Below are positions 29,679 through 39,376 of a stretch of 64,000 bases of DNA, piece by piece (position 1 is the first letter of the stretch; each line of letters begins with the position of its first letter). The DNA is from a bacterium. GTDB lineage: Bacteria; SM23-31. Made by a program: the position numbers and the translations under genes. The notes under the pieces were generated by a model, which was given only the letters and a program-made list of their open reading frames with translations, was not told the origin of the DNA and did no database searches. Location of the stretch: assembly GCA_028278455.1 (NCBI GenBank), contig JANQEH010000058.1, positions 906-64,905 of the forward strand, in the 5' to 3' direction.

Positions 29679-30692
29679 ATGAAGACAAAAAATTTTTTTT
29701 ATCTACTATTTTTCGTTTTCATGTTTTTGATCCAAAATTGTGCTGATCCGGTGTTAGATCCGGCTTATCAACAGCCTGAGTTCGGATTATATTTGTTTCG
29801 AAATGAAACAATAGAAACATCTGATATACAGGACGATCCTTTGGATTCAATGATCCTGCAGAATGAACCCTGGCTGTCACTGGAGGATATAGCATTTTAT
29901 GATTACTCAGCTCACTGTATTTACCTGAAGAAAGATAAAGAATCCTTTGAGCATGAATTCCTTCATAACAACGGTACCCCCTTTATACCGGTGGTGAACG
30001 GTGAAAAATGCTATTTAGGTTCATTCTGGTCAAATCTGTCTTCTTCGTCTATACCCCATTCAATTCCCAGGATCGAAGGCATGGAATGGTCCTCGATGTA
30101 TCCTGAAGATGTTATTCATATCAAAAGATCAATTGCCTGGGAATCAGACAATGTAGCAGATCTAAGATTTGATGAAAGTATAAAGAATGCATTGATCGGA
30201 TCGGGAAAATATTGCGGCGGTTTAAAAGTTGAACTGGTAAACGTCGTGGTACTGTCAAATTCCGATACTTCAGCTGTAAAATATACAGTTAAAATATCAA
30301 ATAATGATCAGGATGATCTTTACGTACCTGATCCTGTAAAAATGGGCGGGTATTATTTTTATTATACGAATGGTCTTTGCATGAGGAGGCTTGATCTCCA
30401 GGAAGGACAGGATTATCAATTAAGAAGTATTTATTCAAAAAGCCCTGATCCTTATGATTCCTGGGATTTCGAATGGTTTACACGAATTGAAAGTGGAGAG
30501 AGTATAACAAGGGAATATACTATATTAGTTGATGAATGTATCGAATCCGGAGAATATGAATGTAAATTATGGTATGAAGGCCCAACTAATATCGATAAAG
30601 AAACCAGAACCAGACCTGATGGGAGGATATGGATCGGAAGGATCTGGTCTAGCTCATTCTATCTTGACACAAATAGCGGAAGAAAGAAGTAG
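29679..30692 (+). CDS. Hypothetical lipoprotein
   Basis: AGGAGG RBS, signal peptide ending IQNC. Confidence 0.75.
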   Translation: MKTKNFFYLLFFVFMFLIQNCADPVLDPAYQQPEFGLYLFRNETIETSDIQDDPLDSMILQNEPWLSLEDIAFYDYSAHCIYLKKDKESFEHEFLHNNGTPFIPVVNGEKCYLGSFWSNLSSSSIPHSIPRIEGMEWSSMYPEDVIHIKRSIAWESDNVADLRFDESIKNALIGSGKYCGGLKVELVNVVVLSNSDTSAVKYTVKISNNDQDDLYVPDPVKMGGYYFYYTNGLCMRRLDLQEGQDYQLRSIYSKSPDPYDSWDFEWFTRIESGESITREYTILVDECIESGEYECKLWYEGPTNIDKETRTRPDGRIWIGRIWSSSFYLDTNSGRKK

Positions 30693-30780
30693 CAATACAA
30701 AATCATTGCGCGGGATTATTTTAATCATTAGATTATATCTGTTAGTCAGCTTTTGATGAAATGTTTAGAGGTAAAGTATT

Positions 30781-31152
30781 ATGCATAAAGCGCTGATAGT
30801 TGATGATGATGAAATGACCCGCAATGCAGTAGGGGATCTGCTGGGAAGGGTGAATTTCAAGGTCGAATCCGCGGAGGACGGCAGGGAAGGGATAAGGAAG
30901 ATCAATAAATCGAAATATGATCTGATCCTTCTGGATCTGAGGATGTCGGGTGTTGATGGGGAGCAGGTGCTGAAGATCCTGAAAAAGGATCACGAATCTC
31001 TGCCGATCATAATTTTATCGGGTTATCTGACCAAAGACAAAATCATCAAGCTTAGCAAACTCGGTGTTAAGGGATTTCTCACAAAACCCCTCGATATCAA
31101 GAATTTCTACCAGGTCGTGAACCAGGTCTGCCCGATCAATATCGGGAAATGA
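30781..31152 (+). CDS. Single-domain response regulator (CheY-like)
   Basis: LIVDDD, LLDLRM, LSG, KP. Confidence 0.88.
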   Translation: MHKALIVDDDEMTRNAVGDLLGRVNFKVESAEDGREGIRKINKSKYDLILLDLRMSGVDGEQVLKILKKDHESLPIIILSGYLTKDKIIKLSKLGVKGFLTKPLDIKNFYQVVNQVCPINIGK

Positions 31153-31161
31153 AAACCGGAT

Positions 31162-32277
31162 TTATTTATCAGTCCACGATTTATTGACAAGCCTTATGAT
31201 TTCGGGGACGATCATATCCAGCGGGCGGACTATATCCACGACACCCAGTTTTACAGCTTCTCCCGGCATTCCGAAAACGACACAGGTTTCCTCATCCTGA
31301 GCTATCACAGCTGAACCTTTTGCTTTCATCAGTTTCAGCCCCCTGGCACCGTCACCTCCCATTCCGGTCATAATTACCCCGAGAGCCCTTGAACCATAGA
31401 GATCGGCAACAGATCTGAACAGATAATCTGCTGCAGGTTTACAGAAATTCTCAGGCGGATCATCTGTTGTAATGAGCACCGGTTTTGATGAGTTTCTGTC
31501 TTTTATAAATTTCAGCTGTTTTTCTCCGGGGGCAATGTACACTGTCCCCGGAACAGGTACATCTCCTGTCTTTGCCTCTACTACTTTCAGCCTGCTCTTT
31601 GTATTCAAAGATTCTGCAAGTATATTTGTAAATGATTCGGGCATGTGCTGGACGATCACGACAGGTACCCTGAAGTCTGATGGTACTGTCGGAATTATCC
31701 TGTGCAGTGCAGGAGGTCCGCCTGTTGAGATCCCTATCACCACGATATCTATCCGGGATTTGAGAATAATCGGTTTATCGGGGATTTTCGGCAGGATTTT
31801 AACTCCCCTGGATGCAGTATTCTTTTCAGGCAGATCGATCATGCCGGTCACCGGAGTTCTCACGAAGGCCATTCCTGATATTTTCGTATATCCCTTAATT
31901 ATTCTGGTAAGGTCGTTCTGGAGGTGCTCGAAGTTTTGTTTTATATCCCTGGAATCTTTAAGTGAAACAATATCCATTGCGCCGTGGGATAGGGCCTCCA
32001 TGGCAATCCTGGCATTAGGACGGGAACCCGTACTCATCATTATGGCGCGGACTTGTGGATAATTTTTTCTGATATGGCGCAGAACAGTTATACCATTTAT
32101 AACAGGAAGATCGACATCTATAGTTATAATATCGGGATCGATCTCCTTGACTTTTTTGAGCGCTTCCTTGCCGTCGGATACCGATCCGGCTACGAACGTC
32201 TCCGGGATCTGTACGAATATGTTCTTAAGAACACTGCGGTAAAGATCATTCTTTTCAGCAATGAGGATCTTGAGCAT
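31162..32277 (-). CDS. cheB: Chemotaxis methylesterase/glutaminase (receiver + CheB)
   Basis: GISTGGP, VQHMP, MTGMGGDG, AQDEETCVVFGMP. Confidence 0.93.
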   Translation of the reverse strand: MLKILIAEKNDLYRSVLKNIFVQIPETFVAGSVSDGKEALKKVKEIDPDIITIDVDLPVINGITVLRHIRKNYPQVRAIMMSTGSRPNARIAMEALSHGAMDIVSLKDSRDIKQNFEHLQNDLTRIIKGYTKISGMAFVRTPVTGMIDLPEKNTASRGVKILPKIPDKPIILKSRIDIVVIGISTGGPPALHRIIPTVPSDFRVPVVIVQHMPESFTNILAESLNTKSRLKVVEAKTGDVPVPGTVYIAPGEKQLKFIKDRNSSKPVLITTDDPPENFCKPAADYLFRSVADLYGSRALGVIMTGMGGDGARGLKLMKAKGSAVIAQDEETCVVFGMPGEAVKLGVVDIVRPLDMIVPEIIRLVNKSWTDK

Positions 32278-32371
32278 TGTATTCAGATTTCCAATTTTTC
32301 TCAGAAAGACAATATAATCCGAAAAAATATTTAAATCAAATTAATATAATTTCATTGATGAACTGATATTC

Positions 32372-32432
32372 TTTCACAAATTGTGAAACAACTAACTGCT
32401 GCCCGGCGTATATTTTTTCATAATTTGTGAAA
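32372..32432 (+). promoter_or_regulatory. Paired 17-bp palindromic operators with ECF-like promoter upstream of padR-1
   Basis: TTTCACAAATTGTGAAA (32372) and TTTCATAATTTGTGAAA (32416); GAAAC-N17-CGTATA. Confidence 0.65.
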
Positions 32433-32485
32433 AAAAGTTAAACCTTATCACGATTTTTTAATCTATATAGGAAACAGTAATCAAG

Positions 32486-32812
32486 ATGATCACAAAATTA
32501 GAAGAGCAGATACTGCTGACAGTGGTGAATTTCAGAGATGAAGCTTACGGGATAAAAGTATATAACCATCTTGAAAAGATCACCGGTAAGAAAGTGGCGA
32601 TCGGGGTCATTTATTTCACCCTTGACCGCATGACAAAAAGGGGGCTGCTCTCTTCATGGAAGGGAGAGCCGACTTCGGTCAGAGGAGGGATGAGGAAGAA
32701 GTTTTATAGAATTACCGAAATGGGAAAAAAGGAGCTGGAGAGAGCAAAGAAGATCAGCGATGCTCTCTGGGATGGCGCTGCAGAATTTGTATCGGGCGGA
32801 AGTCCGGATTAA
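32486..32812 (+). CDS. PadR-family transcriptional regulator 1
   Basis: EEQILL, AYG, GVIYFTLDRM, RGGMRKKFYRIT. Confidence 0.9.
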   Translation: MITKLEEQILLTVVNFRDEAYGIKVYNHLEKITGKKVAIGVIYFTLDRMTKRGLLSSWKGEPTSVRGGMRKKFYRITEMGKKELERAKKISDALWDGAAEFVSGGSPD

Positions 32813-32828
32813 TGTTATTGAGATAAAA

Positions 32829-35411
32829 ATGATAGATTCAAGAAAGAAAAGCCCGGCTGTGCTCAGAATGATCCTTAAAAAACTGGTCGACAGCCTGGAA
32901 CACGATTCGCTGATTGGTGATTTCGATGAAATGTTTACTGTAATTAAGAAAGAAAAGGGGACCATACATGCAGTTTTCTGGTATATGGTTCAGATATTGA
33001 GATCTGTTCCCGTATTTTTTTCTTACAAAACCTTGAGGAGTATTGCAATGCTGATTAATTATCTAAAGATCTCTATTAGAAATATTCTGAGACACAAAGG
33101 TTATTCATTCATAAATATATTCGGGCTTGCCCTGGGAATGGCATGCTGCGTTCTCATTACCCTGTGGGTTGTGGATGAGCTGAGTTACGACAAATACCAT
33201 GAGAATGCGGATCTTTTGTACCGTGTGGAGCAGGACCAGGATTACTCCGGACAGACTTTTCATGTGAATGTTACACCATTCCCTCTCGGGCCGGCATTAA
33301 AGGATAATATACCGGAAGTTGCTGATGCGGCAAGGTTTACATGGGCCGGCGAGATGCTTGTCAGATACGGGAACAGTGCATTTTATGATAACTGGATATA
33401 TTTTGTCGATCCTTCTTGTTTACAGATGTTCACTTATCCGGTAATTAAAGGCGACCACAGGGCCCCCCTGGATGATCCTAATTCGATAGTTATAACCGAA
33501 GAAATGGCAGAAAAATACTTTCCGGGTGAAGAGCCCGTAGGCAAGATTCTTAATCTGAATAACACCTACGATCTGACTGTAACTGCAGTTTTGGAAAATA
33601 TCCCTGATAATTCCTATACCGGATTCAATATGCTTATCCCTACAGCATTTGCCGAATCTAATCAGTTAATCAATACAAACTGGGGAAATAATTATCTTCT
33701 TACATTTATTCAGCTTCAGGAAGGTGCGGATTTCGCTGAAGCTTCCCGTAAAGCAGATGCCCTGTTTGATGAACAGAGGAGGAGGGGATCAGTCAACCTC
33801 ATTCTCGCGCCATACACAGATATACATCTTCATGGTTATTCAGGATTCGGAAAATCCATGGGAGCTATCCAATATGTTTATATCTTCTCGGTCATAGCTG
33901 TACTTGTTCTGCTGATCGCCTGTATAAATTTCATGAATCTTTCAACAGCCAGATCGGTCAACCGGGCGAAAGAGATCGGGATGAGAAAAGTATCAGGTGC
34001 ATTGAAATCCAACATCGTTACCCAGTTCTTCGGCGAGTCGGTGCTGATGTCGCTGATTGCATTGGGAGCAGCCATTTTAATGGTAGCTCTGTCCATGGAT
34101 GTGTTCAACAATCTCTCAGGCAAGAACATTCCTATTAGTGTGCTTGTCCGCGGGAAGATCATCGGACTAATGGTATTAACTGCGCTTGTCACGGGTGTCC
34201 TGTCGGGAATCTATCCCTCATTTGTGCTTTCGGCTTTCAAGCCTGTCAAAGTCCTCAGCGGGCAGATGCGATCAGGATTGAAAGGTGTTATGTTCAGGAA
34301 AGGGATGGTTCTGGTCCAGTTCACACTATCGATATTTCTTATAGTAGGTACCCTGATAGTATACAATCAGCTTGATTATATGAGAAACAAGGATATTGGA
34401 TATGATAAGGAAAGTCTGATCTATATCCCTGTAAAAGGGGATGTCGGCACAAAGATCAAGATTTTGAAACAGGAATGGCTGAAAGATCCGAAAATCCTGG
34501 GAGTTTCAGGTTCATGGCAGCTCCCGTCAAGCAACTCTGCAAATTCAGGTGGAGCCAGATGGGAAGGTATCGATCAGGACAGAACTTATCTCATAGGTAT
34601 GAATTGGATCAATTATGATTTTATAGAGACAATGAAGATCGAAATGCTTGAAGGAAGATCATTTACAAAAGAGTTTCCGGCGGATACGGCTGAAGGATTC
34701 ATTCTCAATGAAGAAGTTGTAAAACTGATGGGAGTTGAGGGATCACCGATAGGAAAATTCTTTTCGTTCCAGGGCAGGACCGGGAGTGTTATAGGAGTAA
34801 TGAAAAATTATCACTACGTATCTGTCAAACACACTATTAAACCCCAGGTGCTGCTCTGGGCGCCGACTACCTCCATGCGGTATATTCTTATCAGAGTAGG
34901 TGAAGGAGATATTAACGAGTCTCTCGATTCGCTGGAATCAGCGTGGAATAAAATAGCAGCGGAATACCCGTTCGATTTCCGGTTTCTCGATGATCAGATC
35001 GACAGGGCATACAGGACTGAAGGCAGGCTTGCGGAGTTGTTGAAATATTTTTCTGGGCTTGCTATAATTATTGCCTCTCTCGGTGTTTTCGGGCTTGCAT
35101 CCTTTACAGCCCAGCAGAGGACTCGCGAGATCGGAATCCGGAAGGTACTCGGTGCATCCGAGAGCAAGATCACGGGGCAGTTATGCGGTGAGTTCCTTAT
35201 CCTGGTGTTGATAGCGAACGCCGCTGCATGGCCGCTTGCGTGGATATCGGGTAATAAATGGCTTCAGGATTTCGCATACCGCGCTGATATAGGTTTCATG
35301 GTATTCGTATTTGCGGGATCGATAGCTATAATAACCGCGCTGATATCGGTCGGTATACAGGCTGCGAAAGCGGCCTCCGCCAATCCGGTTACATCATTGA
35401 AATATGAGTGA
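32829..35411 (+). CDS. MacB/FtsX-type duplicated ABC permease with N-terminal prefix domain (1)
   Basis: GDFDE prefix, NYLKISIRN, ACINFMNLSTARS, REIGIRKVLGAS, NPVTSLKYE; start estimated. Confidence 0.9.
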   Translation: MIDSRKKSPAVLRMILKKLVDSLEHDSLIGDFDEMFTVIKKEKGTIHAVFWYMVQILRSVPVFFSYKTLRSIAMLINYLKISIRNILRHKGYSFINIFGLALGMACCVLITLWVVDELSYDKYHENADLLYRVEQDQDYSGQTFHVNVTPFPLGPALKDNIPEVADAARFTWAGEMLVRYGNSAFYDNWIYFVDPSCLQMFTYPVIKGDHRAPLDDPNSIVITEEMAEKYFPGEEPVGKILNLNNTYDLTVTAVLENIPDNSYTGFNMLIPTAFAESNQLINTNWGNNYLLTFIQLQEGADFAEASRKADALFDEQRRRGSVNLILAPYTDIHLHGYSGFGKSMGAIQYVYIFSVIAVLVLLIACINFMNLSTARSVNRAKEIGMRKVSGALKSNIVTQFFGESVLMSLIALGAAILMVALSMDVFNNLSGKNIPISVLVRGKIIGLMVLTALVTGVLSGIYPSFVLSAFKPVKVLSGQMRSGLKGVMFRKGMVLVQFTLSIFLIVGTLIVYNQLDYMRNKDIGYDKESLIYIPVKGDVGTKIKILKQEWLKDPKILGVSGSWQLPSSNSANSGGARWEGIDQDRTYLIGMNWINYDFIETMKIEMLEGRSFTKEFPADTAEGFILNEEVVKLMGVEGSPIGKFFSFQGRTGSVIGVMKNYHYVSVKHTIKPQVLLWAPTTSMRYILIRVGEGDINESLDSLESAWNKIAAEYPFDFRFLDDQIDRAYRTEGRLAELLKYFSGLAIIIASLGVFGLASFTAQQRTREIGIRKVLGASESKITGQLCGEFLILVLIANAAAWPLAWISGNKWLQDFAYRADIGFMVFVFAGSIAIITALISVGIQAAKAASANPVTSLKYE

Positions 35412-35459
35412 TAATCTATAATTCTCTCCGCGGTTGCGAGAACTTGTTGCTAAGATTCT

Positions 35460-35633
35460 GTTGGAGTAGGTTTCAAACCTGCTCCTTCAAAAAATTTTCT
35501 CCTGTAGGGGCGGGGTTTCCCCGCCCTTTTATTTGTTTCCAATCGGAAAAAAAGGAAATAAAAACAAATTTCAATCCCTGGCATTTCATACTAAATCAAT
35601 CTTCCTATCCGGGCGAGGGCACCTCGCCCCTGC
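35460..35633. repeat. GTAG-family REP pair plus GTTGGAG hairpin
   Basis: GTAGGGGCGGGGTTTCCCCGCCC (35504) and inverted GGGCGAGGGCACCTCGCCCCTGC (35611); GTTGGAGTAGGTTTCAAACCTGCTCC (35460) with a second copy at 35839. Confidence 0.7.
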
Positions 35634-35800
35634 GACGGGTAAAATCTTATCCTAATATCAAAATACACGCAAGCTTACAGATATCGTATATCATGGCGCC
35701 TGCAAACTTGCCTGAGCCTTTCTTTTCGGTTTTTGAAGGTGTTAAGTGTTTATAAATTGTTGATAATATTCCATAAAATAAAAAACAAGTAATTTTTTTC

Positions 35801-35829
35801 TTGACATAAGTTCAATATATATATATATC
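35801..35829 (+). promoter_or_regulatory. Putative sigma70 promoter
   Basis: TTGACA-N17-TATATC. Confidence 0.45.
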
Positions 35830-36239
35830 TTATTAACAGTTGGAGCAGGTTTCGAGCCTGTTCCTGCAAAAACAACCGGGAACACCGCAAAGGAAAGCGG
35901 GACAGGAAGGTCAGAATAAAACAGGGTCCGGATTCGTTGGGATTCCGGAGACAGGATAAAATGGGCAGACATTCATTCCCGGGTCGGATAATCCAGATTA
36001 CAGATTTCATTGATTAATATCAAAATGTCAGTTCATGGTACATAGGCGTTATATATGTACATGAACTCAATTTAATAACCAATAGACCTTAAGAGAAAGG
36101 AGCCGGCTTCATGCGTCTAAAGAAGCGTTTTTGCCTGAACGGAATAAATGTTATTATAAGCGGTATCTTATGTTAAAGATGGGATTTATTTAAAAGTTAA
36201 TGATTAGTTGTTTTAATTTCTTAAAAGGAGATAATATCC

Positions 36240-36932
36240 ATGAAAAACTATTGCTCATATAAAAAATATCTATGCTTATTCATAATGTTGTTATTTAGCA
36301 CCACTAATATTCCAAACTCATATGGACAAGAAGATTTAATGCCATTAAATGACCTATGTATAATGTCATCAGATATAATAAAAGCAGAAGTCATTTCGGT
36401 TAGATCTAAAATAAAAGATATCAAAAGGGTGAAAGTAAACCGAGTAAAAGTTTTAGAAGTTTATAAAGGTTCATTCAATATTAATGAAGAATTTGAATTT
36501 AATACTCTTGAAGGTGGGGCAAAACAAGGTATTTCAATCCTTGTGGAAGCTCCAACACCAATACCAATATTTAAGGAAGGAGAACAGGCAATACTATTCC
36601 TTTGTCGAATAAATGTTAGAAATCCTGATAATTCTATTAGAAGATCAATTTCATTAGCAGCTTTCTCAGAGAGTAAATTCAAAGTAGTAAAAGACAAGTT
36701 TACTCAAGTGGAAGTAGTAAAAAGAGAGAAGATTATGGTACCATTAATTTTGCAGAATAACAAGAAGACATATTCTATGAGAGATCCACTAACAAAAGAA
36801 ATGAAGATAATTAGATCAAAACCAAATTTACCTAATAACTTAAAAAAATGGGGCGATTCTATAAATATTTCAGTTGCGGATTCATTTCTCTTAGAAGACT
36901 TTATTGATCTGATTCAGTTTTTTATTAAATAA
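36240..36932 (+). CDS. Secreted hypothetical protein (partner of downstream metalloprotease)
   Basis: AAGGAG RBS, signal peptide, 'LNDL...SSDIIKAEV...KVLEVYKG...GG...GEQAILFL'; AT-rich. Confidence 0.75.
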   Translation: MKNYCSYKKYLCLFIMLLFSTTNIPNSYGQEDLMPLNDLCIMSSDIIKAEVISVRSKIKDIKRVKVNRVKVLEVYKGSFNINEEFEFNTLEGGAKQGISILVEAPTPIPIFKEGEQAILFLCRINVRNPDNSIRRSISLAAFSESKFKVVKDKFTQVEVVKREKIMVPLILQNNKKTYSMRDPLTKEMKIIRSKPNLPNNLKKWGDSINISVADSFLLEDFIDLIQFFIK

Positions 36933-36968
36933 AACGAAAATACTGACCATATTTATGGAGACGTAAAA

Positions 36969-39296
36969 ATGAAAAAGAAATTGTTCTGGATAATAATATT
37001 TTTTGTGCTTTCTGCAAAAGTTTCATTCTCCGCAAAATTTATAAGCACTAGTAGTAATGAATCTCCTATGGGTACATATCAAACTAAACGTTTTCCCGGT
37101 TCATCACCTACAATAGCTTGGGAATTTAACACGGCTAGAATTCCTACTTCAATTTCATCGACTGAAATGGAATCTGGTATAACAAATGCATATACTATGT
37201 GGGATGCAGTAACTACTGCTGATATTGCATTTAGCAAAACGGGAACCAGTACAAGAGGTAGAAATTCAACAGATGGATATAATGTTCATTCTTGGAGTGT
37301 AGATGATGATGATTTGCATGAAGACTTAGGTGGTGTCTTAAAGTGGGTTGCATGTGCTATTCCTATAGCAAACGATGATGATAACAATGGGACATGGGAA
37401 ATTACTGACAGTGATATAGTATATAACAAAGAGCTTACAACCTATTGGGGGCAATATAATTTCAAGAGAATTGCAGCACACGAAATTGGTCATCAAATAG
37501 GTTTAGGTCATCCTGGATTTGATGGTACTATCATGAGTACAGATGGTGCCACTGTGAATAGATCTCTTCATACTGATGATATTGATGGGATATCTTTCCT
37601 TTACGGTGGTAAAATAATAAACGATCAAGTTATTGCACCTTCAACTGCGGTAGGGATTGAATGGGATTGGAATGTGCAGTCAAATGCAAAAATAACAATA
37701 TCTTCAAAACAAATTATTGTTGTTGAAAACAAAGTTCTCAATATATGGGGTGATTGCTATATTCACGGAAATGTAGTTAAAGGTCGAGGCGATGTTACTT
37801 GGAAAGGAATAAAACTATGGAATACACAGAACGCAATCTTAGATCATATAAAATATTGTAAAATTGAAGATGCTGAAATTGGAATTCGCCTTTATGGTGC
37901 TTACAACACTAGAATTAATAATAATGAAATCAAAGATTGTATAAAAGGTATTGAAGTCTACAATGCATCAAATGTTAAAATTGATGATAACACAATATAT
38001 AATTGTTCTGATACCGGTATTAAGTTTACAGCCGCAAATAGTGTGTCTGCCGAGGATAATACAATATATAACTGTTATAAAGGAATCTATAGCGTTTCTG
38101 CCCCGTCTCCACCCTGGGGTAATATCGGGCCTGATAATCATATAAGGGATTCTCAGGTCAGTAATGTTGAAGTCGGCGGTTATTCTACGATGAATATCCG
38201 GGGTTCTATTTTAGAAAATAGTATTTCAGGTTATGACACTCAGTTTTGTTTCTATAATCAATTACAGGGTGAAGGTGACGTAGAAGAGTATAATGATATT
38301 AATAGCGGAATAACAAATCAGTATCATGTTTATAATGACAATTCAAGTCACACAGTGGATGCTGAGAACAATTATTGGTACAATTCAGTAAATAATGCTC
38401 CCGTGTTAGGAGGTCCAGGTGCGGTAGACTATAATCCTGGTACATTTTACAAGCAGAGTTCTTTTTTCGATAATGCCGCGAAAGAGCATTTCGCACAGGC
38501 TGTTCAGCTGAAGAAGGACAATAACATCGATGCAGCTTTGGCGAAGTTCAAGACGATCGTTGATAATTATTCCGAGCACAAAATGGCTAAGCTCTCCCTT
38601 AACGATATTTCCGGTCTGCTGATGAGAAAGGAGAATCCTGCTGAAAAGGGTATTGGATATTTTAAGGATCTAAGAAACAGTTTAATCTCCTTCAAAAGCG
38701 GCAGCAGACTGCTCCCCCATGTAAACAGGCATCTGCTGTTCTGGCTGCAGAATGACAGGCAATATAAAGAGGCAGACAGGCTTTATTGCGAACTGATCAC
38801 AAGCGGGAAGGATTTCGAAAAGGTAGCCGATCTTGTATATAGAAGAGCGATAATGCTGAAGAATGACCTCGGCAGAGAGGAAGAAGCTATTGCCCTGCTT
38901 CAGGAAATGGTTAAGAAGGACTGCGCAATGGCAGATATTGCTGTTACCGATCTCAAGCTGCTGGGTGCGGACGTTCCCGAGCCGGAACCGCAGAACAAGG
39001 AGGTTCCGGTACAGAGTGAATTGCTGGTACCGGATGATTTCGGACTGGAGCAGAACTTTCCGAACCCTTTCAACCCGGTTACGACTGTAAAATATAACCT
39101 TCCAGAGGCATCTTTCGTTACATTGAAGGTTTATAATGTCTTAGGCCAGGAGATCGCAAACCTTGTCAGCTCAGACAAACCTGCAGGTTTTCATTCTGTG
39201 AAATGGGATGCATCTAAGATCGCTTCGGGAACTTATATCTATAAGATCACAGCAGGTGATTTCACGGCTGCCAGAAAGATGATATTGATCAAGTAA
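36969..39296 (+). CDS. Matrixin (M10)-like metalloprotease + parallel beta-helix + TPR-like region + C-terminal sorting domain
   Basis: HEIGHQIGLGH plus Met-turn 'TIM', DDIDGI..LYG; I.DN.I.NC repeats; NFPNPFNP...KMILIK. Confidence 0.85.
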   Translation: MKKKLFWIIIFFVLSAKVSFSAKFISTSSNESPMGTYQTKRFPGSSPTIAWEFNTARIPTSISSTEMESGITNAYTMWDAVTTADIAFSKTGTSTRGRNSTDGYNVHSWSVDDDDLHEDLGGVLKWVACAIPIANDDDNNGTWEITDSDIVYNKELTTYWGQYNFKRIAAHEIGHQIGLGHPGFDGTIMSTDGATVNRSLHTDDIDGISFLYGGKIINDQVIAPSTAVGIEWDWNVQSNAKITISSKQIIVVENKVLNIWGDCYIHGNVVKGRGDVTWKGIKLWNTQNAILDHIKYCKIEDAEIGIRLYGAYNTRINNNEIKDCIKGIEVYNASNVKIDDNTIYNCSDTGIKFTAANSVSAEDNTIYNCYKGIYSVSAPSPPWGNIGPDNHIRDSQVSNVEVGGYSTMNIRGSILENSISGYDTQFCFYNQLQGEGDVEEYNDINSGITNQYHVYNDNSSHTVDAENNYWYNSVNNAPVLGGPGAVDYNPGTFYKQSSFFDNAAKEHFAQAVQLKKDNNIDAALAKFKTIVDNYSEHKMAKLSLNDISGLLMRKENPAEKGIGYFKDLRNSLISFKSGSRLLPHVNRHLLFWLQNDRQYKEADRLYCELITSGKDFEKVADLVYRRAIMLKNDLGREEEAIALLQEMVKKDCAMADIAVTDLKLLGADVPEPEPQNKEVPVQSELLVPDDFGLEQNFPNPFNPVTTVKYNLPEASFVTLKVYNVLGQEIANLVSSDKPAGFHSVKWDASKIASGTYIYKITAGDFTAARKMILIK

Positions 39297-39314
39297 AAGT
39301 TGATCCTATTAAAT

Positions 39315-39353
39315 AAAAAGACCTCCGGGAACAGACACCGGAGGTCTTTTTTT
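39315..39353. terminator. Bidirectional intrinsic terminator
   Basis: AAAAAGACCTCCGG-n9-CCGGAGGTCTTTTTTT between convergent genes. Confidence 0.85.
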
Positions 39354-39376
39354 ATATAATGTTCCGATAGATTCTG

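Noticed and set aside
31472-32062. Long antisense ORFs (here 196 aa; also 25556..26206, 59309..59884 and others)
   Set aside because: Shadows of well-supported genes on the opposite strand
35408-36010. ORFs 35408..35755, 35742..35972 and 35750..36010
   Set aside because: Read-throughs of REP palindromes and AT-rich promoter DNA; no protein-like features
36026-36069. Integron attC site
   Set aside because: Too short, lacks the RYYYAAC...GTTRRRY boundaries, and no intI or cassette array is present
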